Below are positions 59,940 to 64,000 of a stretch of DNA of 64,000 bases, piece by piece. The position numbers and the translations under genes are program-made. How positions within the stretch are numbered: the stretch's first letter is position 1; the number at the start of each line of letters is the position of its first letter. Origin of the DNA: Felis catus (lineage: Eukaryota). The notes beneath the pieces are model-generated. The model was not told the DNA's origin, did no database searches, and worked only from the letters and a program-made list of their open reading frames with translations. The stretch is taken from positions 75,454,001 through 75,518,000 of the forward strand of contig NC_058374.1 of assembly GCF_018350175.1 (NCBI RefSeq). The letters are read 5' to 3'.

Positions 59940-60013
59940 TAATTAGGAAGTCCAGAACTTGGTTTCAGACTAGACTTCAGAGAATACAAAGCATTGGCCC
60001 AGCTTCCCCTGGG
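59940..60013 (+). promoter_or_regulatory. putative OR promoter module for OR at 62944
   Basis: TAATTA (59940-59945), ttggtttcagactagacttcagagaata and TTCCCCTGGG (60004-60013). Confidence 0.55.
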
Positions 60014-62943
60014 TGCCAAACCCAGCCCATGGCTGCATAAGCATAGACAGCCTCTGATTGGTTTTATTAGATTGTTCTTTACTTAAGAAGTATTTTTAAG
60101 ATAGTATTCAGAATCACAGAGGAAGTAAACGAAGAGATGGCAGGTTACTAGATCTGAGATCATGTGAGGAAGTTTTAATGAAGTATATGCTGGTTGGAAA
60201 TATGAGCTTCTTTATAGATATTGTTCTTGTCCTTCCACAGAGTGGCCTGCACTGTAGAATGACACCACTCTATGTTAAGGTATTCAGGAAATAATCTTGA
60301 TATTCTGGCCTCCTCAGTGTTCCTAAAGTTTGAACCATTCAGATGCCTAATATCCACCGACAACAAGAAGAAAAAGCTATCTGTTCTGTCAATAGTCAGA
60401 CTCCGGTGACATAGGTTCTCTTATGGGGAGAATTTACCAATGATGTGTCTACCTGAACGGGAAAGCCGGAACACACAGGAGCTGCCTCCTCCAGGAAAAG
60501 CCAGGAGCATGGTAATATCCTCCAACATATCTGATATCCCTCTACTTTTTCTTCCTAGAAAGTTCTATATGTGTTTTAATTTTGCTCACCATTCTCCACC
60601 TTGACCCCATCTCCCAGAACCTCCTGATACATCCCACTAGTGCTAGACCCTGAGACTCCTGTTCAACCCATTCCTCTTTCCTGAGCTGTGGTGGAAACTT
60701 CCCACTCCTTGGTAGGCCACCTCCTTCTCAAGATTGGCCCCTGAGGTCTCTGTTACTGAAAATGTTGTGTTTGTCCCAGCTGCCTTGGACACGACCTCAG
60801 AAAGATCTCTCTTCGCTCCCTCATGACACTGGTGACAGGGACATCTCACAGCCTAGACATAAATCCTTCTATGCATCAGGATCCCAAAAGATTGCAGAAA
60901 GCTGACACCTGAAATGAAATGAGGATAACAGAAATAGATGCTGACTTGCTGAAGCTACTTATTCCCCTGTTTGCACAGAACTTCTCTATTCGTACTTTTT
61001 TCTATTATTAGAACAACCTTCAGATCTAGCCACCACTGTGACAACGTGAATAGTGTGACACAGTACTGGAGAGGACAGCTATGAGAACAGTCTCAAGTGG
61101 GTTACATTGACCTTTGGCTCCCTCCTGCTTCCAGCACTGATATCTTCCTCTCCTTTCAAATTACTTCTCATGCACAGAAGGTCAGAACATGGCACCCAGC
61201 CCCAGGAAGCCTCAAGCCACTTGGAAACTGACCTTCCAAACACATCCTTCATTCACTTATTCTTTCCAAACAAATCCAAAAACCAGTGTGGGCAAGGGTT
61301 GTCTAGAACACTTGTGAAATCCTCTTATATACATATTTTACCCTTTCAGCCACCCCTTGTTTGATTTCAGTCCTTGTTCTCACCCACGTGTAAATCTGAC
61401 ACGAGTCTCTCTTATGTTAGTATGAAATAAAGCCAATGTCTTTCATTTTAAATAGTGAATGAAATACTCATTTTCCTGTTTAAAAATTGATTTATTCTCA
61501 TGCCTGGAATGTAATCTAGAATTGAATAGAAGACTTTGTCCTTGGTCATTAAAGAAATCCCTGTAATCAGTTTGAGTTGCTGTTTAGGATGGTGAGGAAG
61601 GTGAGCTCTTTTTTTGTGATATCCCAAAATCATATGATACAAATAGCTGCTACCTTCATCCACACAAAACGTGGATGTTAGCACATTAATAAAAAATACT
61701 TTTTTCAAAAACGCTACAGTCTTCTTAGATGGGACCCTGAACTCCCCAGAGATACTGTGGTCAGGTACCCTCTTGGGAGTGAAAGCAGAAAAATGGAAAC
61801 AGTTTTCAGGATAGCCCTACCCACAAAAACTTGTTGCTCTCCAAATCTTTGATAAGCATAGAACACACTTATCATTCCACTTCACTTGAGAAGATTCCGC
61901 GTGAAATGTTTGCTTTCACCAGTGTTTACAATTTTATCCATGCAGGATCCTCAAAAGTAAATTCCCCAGCTGTTTATGCTTCACCACCACTGGATCTAGC
62001 TGAAGTCACACCAAGGTAAACACTGCGCTGTTGGCCCAGGCACACAGGGAACCTAGACTTGGGTCTAAGATGAGCTTGAGCTTGGGAATAGTAGGATTTG
62101 AGGGGAGGCTGGAAGTCACATGAAAATTTGGGTCAGTGGAATAAAGGAGAACATGTGAAAGCAGAACAATGTAATCACAGACACAAAAATAAATAGACCT
62201 TTCTAGTATCAAAAGGGGTGAAAAAGGCCAAAAGATAGATTCAGACAAATGAGGAAGAAGTCTGAATGTCAAGGCAGGAAAAGTGGTCTTTGTTTCTAGA
62301 TGCTGGGATGAGAATTAGGAAAAACCTACAGAATCTATTTCCTGGCTCTCCTACTTGTTCTCAATAGGGCTCAGTATCATATTCCTCAGGGGTAACATGG
62401 GATAAATTTCTATGCCTAAAATACCCCATAAAATGGCTGTGAGAACGAATAGGATTTTTTGTATGTACTCTGTCTACAAAAAAAAAAAAAATACTATTAA
62501 AGTTTATTGTGCTGTTTAGGAAGTAAGAAGTCTTGGATTATTTTGAACAAGAAGAATGAAGAAAGGAGAAAAGGCTTAAAACATTCGCTGTAGATATGTC
62601 ATATAATGGCTTTTGAAACAAGATGGTAAGGATTTCTGAACTTTGGAGCATGCAGTGAAAATTGAGTAACAATTAATGTGTAAGCAAGGCAGCAATACTA
62701 TTTATCCAGCAAATCCCTGTGAAACAAGAATGGAATTCTCTAGAGTACGTGAATACTAGACAAGAAAAGAGAAAAACTCTTCCTGGGATACAATGAGGGC
62801 AGCCTTGAGATACTGAGCACAAGGTCAAGCAAAGCAGAGAGGGAGGGATGTATAAGAAGACATGATGATGCCCTAAAAAACGGGAACAATCATAGATGAT
62901 ATCACCCCCTTTCTATTTTATTCCAGGGAAATCCCCTCCACAA

Positions 62944-63867
62944 ATGGCCTGGAGGAACCACAGCATCATCACCGAGTTCATTCTCACGGGGCTGTCCGAC
63001 GACCCCCACATCCAGGCTCTGCTCTTCGTGCTCTTCCTGGGGATTTACCTCCTGACCATGATGGGGAATCTGATGCTGCTGCTGGTGATCAGGACCGACT
63101 CCCGCCTCCACACGCCCATGTACTTCTTCCTGAGTAACCTGTCCTTCATGGACCTCTGCTTCTCTTCTGTCACTATGCCCAAGCTACTGAAGGACCTTCT
63201 GTCTGAGAAGAAAACCATCTCAGTAGAAGGCTGCCTGACTCAGGTGTTCTTTGTGTTTTTTTCTTCGGGGACTGAAGCCTGTCTGCTCTCGGTGATGGCC
63301 TATGACCGCTATGCCGCCATCTGCCACCCTCTGCTCTACGGCCAAGTGATGAGCAGCCAGCTTTGTGTGGGGCTGGTGCTGGCCTCATGGGGCCTGGCCT
63401 CTCTCAATGCATTTGTCATTGTGCTTTTGGCTATTAACCTGGACTTCTGTGAGGCCCAAACCATCCACCACTACACCTGTGAGCTGCCTGCTCTTTTCCC
63501 TCTGTCTTGTTCTGATATCTCCATCACAACCAATATCCTGCTCTGCTCCAGTTTACTGCACGGGCTGGGAACCTTCCTCCCAATCTTTTTCTCCTATGCC
63601 CGTATTATCTCCACCATCCTGCACATCAGCTCCACCTCAGGCAGAAGCAAGGCCTTCTCCACCTGCTCCTCCCACCTCATCGCAGTGATCCTGTTCTTTG
63701 GCTCAGGTTTTCTTTGTTATCTCATGCCTCCCTCGGGTTCCTCTTTGGATTTGCTCCTCTCCTTGCAGTACAGTGCAGTCACACCCTTGCTGAATCCCCT
63801 CATCTACAGCCTAAAGAACGTAGAGGTGAAGGCGGCTGTGAGAAGGACACTGGGGAAATATCTCTAA
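62944..63867 (+). CDS. OR8S1: olfactory receptor, OR8S1-like (307 aa from MAWRNHS, intact)
   Basis: LHTPMYFFLSNLS, MAYDRYAAICHPLLY, KAFSTCSSHL and NPLIYSLKNVEV. Start set at 62944 by alignment to the paralogues and because the acceptor ttttattccAG (ends 62926) lies between it and the upstream ATG at 62896. Subfamily-level call. Confidence 0.94.
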   Translation: MAWRNHSIITEFILTGLSDDPHIQALLFVLFLGIYLLTMMGNLMLLLVIRTDSRLHTPMYFFLSNLSFMDLCFSSVTMPKLLKDLLSEKKTISVEGCLTQVFFVFFSSGTEACLLSVMAYDRYAAICHPLLYGQVMSSQLCVGLVLASWGLASLNAFVIVLLAINLDFCEAQTIHHYTCELPALFPLSCSDISITTNILLCSSLLHGLGTFLPIFFSYARIISTILHISSTSGRSKAFSTCSSHLIAVILFFGSGFLCYLMPPSGSSLDLLLSLQYSAVTPLLNPLIYSLKNVEVKAAVRRTLGKYL

Positions 63868-64000
63868 TGTAGTGAACAAAGACACACTTACTAAGCAAAA
63901 ATCACAAAGACTGTGTTCCGTTGCATTCTCCTTTTGTTCCCACCTCTTCCCACACAGTGTCAGATAATTTGGAAGAAAGACTCTAGAGCTTGTCTGAACG

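Noticed and set aside
12800-62800. Search for a cluster-level OR enhancer (H/P-element-like)
   Set aside because: Scattered TAAT and CCC..GGG motifs exist, but no dense composite cluster beyond the per-gene modules could be distinguished from AT-rich background by eye.
62896-62943. 16-aa N-terminal extension (MISPPFYFIPGKSPPQ) of the fifth OR in the ORF track
   Set aside because: It spans the polypyrimidine tract and AG acceptor conserved in the paralogues, so the upstream ATG is most likely intronic.

Overview
Mammalian genomic DNA, almost certainly a felid (abundant young feline-type Can-SINEs, carnivore L1s). The window holds a tandem cluster of five intact single-exon olfactory receptor ORFs, all on the + strand and closest to the OR8S1 subfamily. 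They sit among old and young L1s, about 30 Can-SINEs, ERVL/MaLR/ERV1 solo LTRs and 11 short N runs. A 7.5-kb class I (gammaretrovirus-like) endogenous provirus lies on the - strand at 48846-56363. It has paired LTRs, a CAAT target-site duplication, a tRNA-Gln PBS, decayed gag-pol and a deletion joining integrase to the tail of env TM. The most interesting signals are: (i) four tandem hairpins with a compensatory base pair in the unusually long proviral leader; (ii) an integrase-TM junction one nucleotide out of frame across an A11 run; (iii) a homeodomain + O/E-like promoter module and non-coding splice sites repeated at matching positions upstream of all five OR paralogues; (iv) paralogue-specific losses of these elements. 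Repeat subfamily names are from memory of consensus sequences and their boundaries are approximate. No database searches were run.
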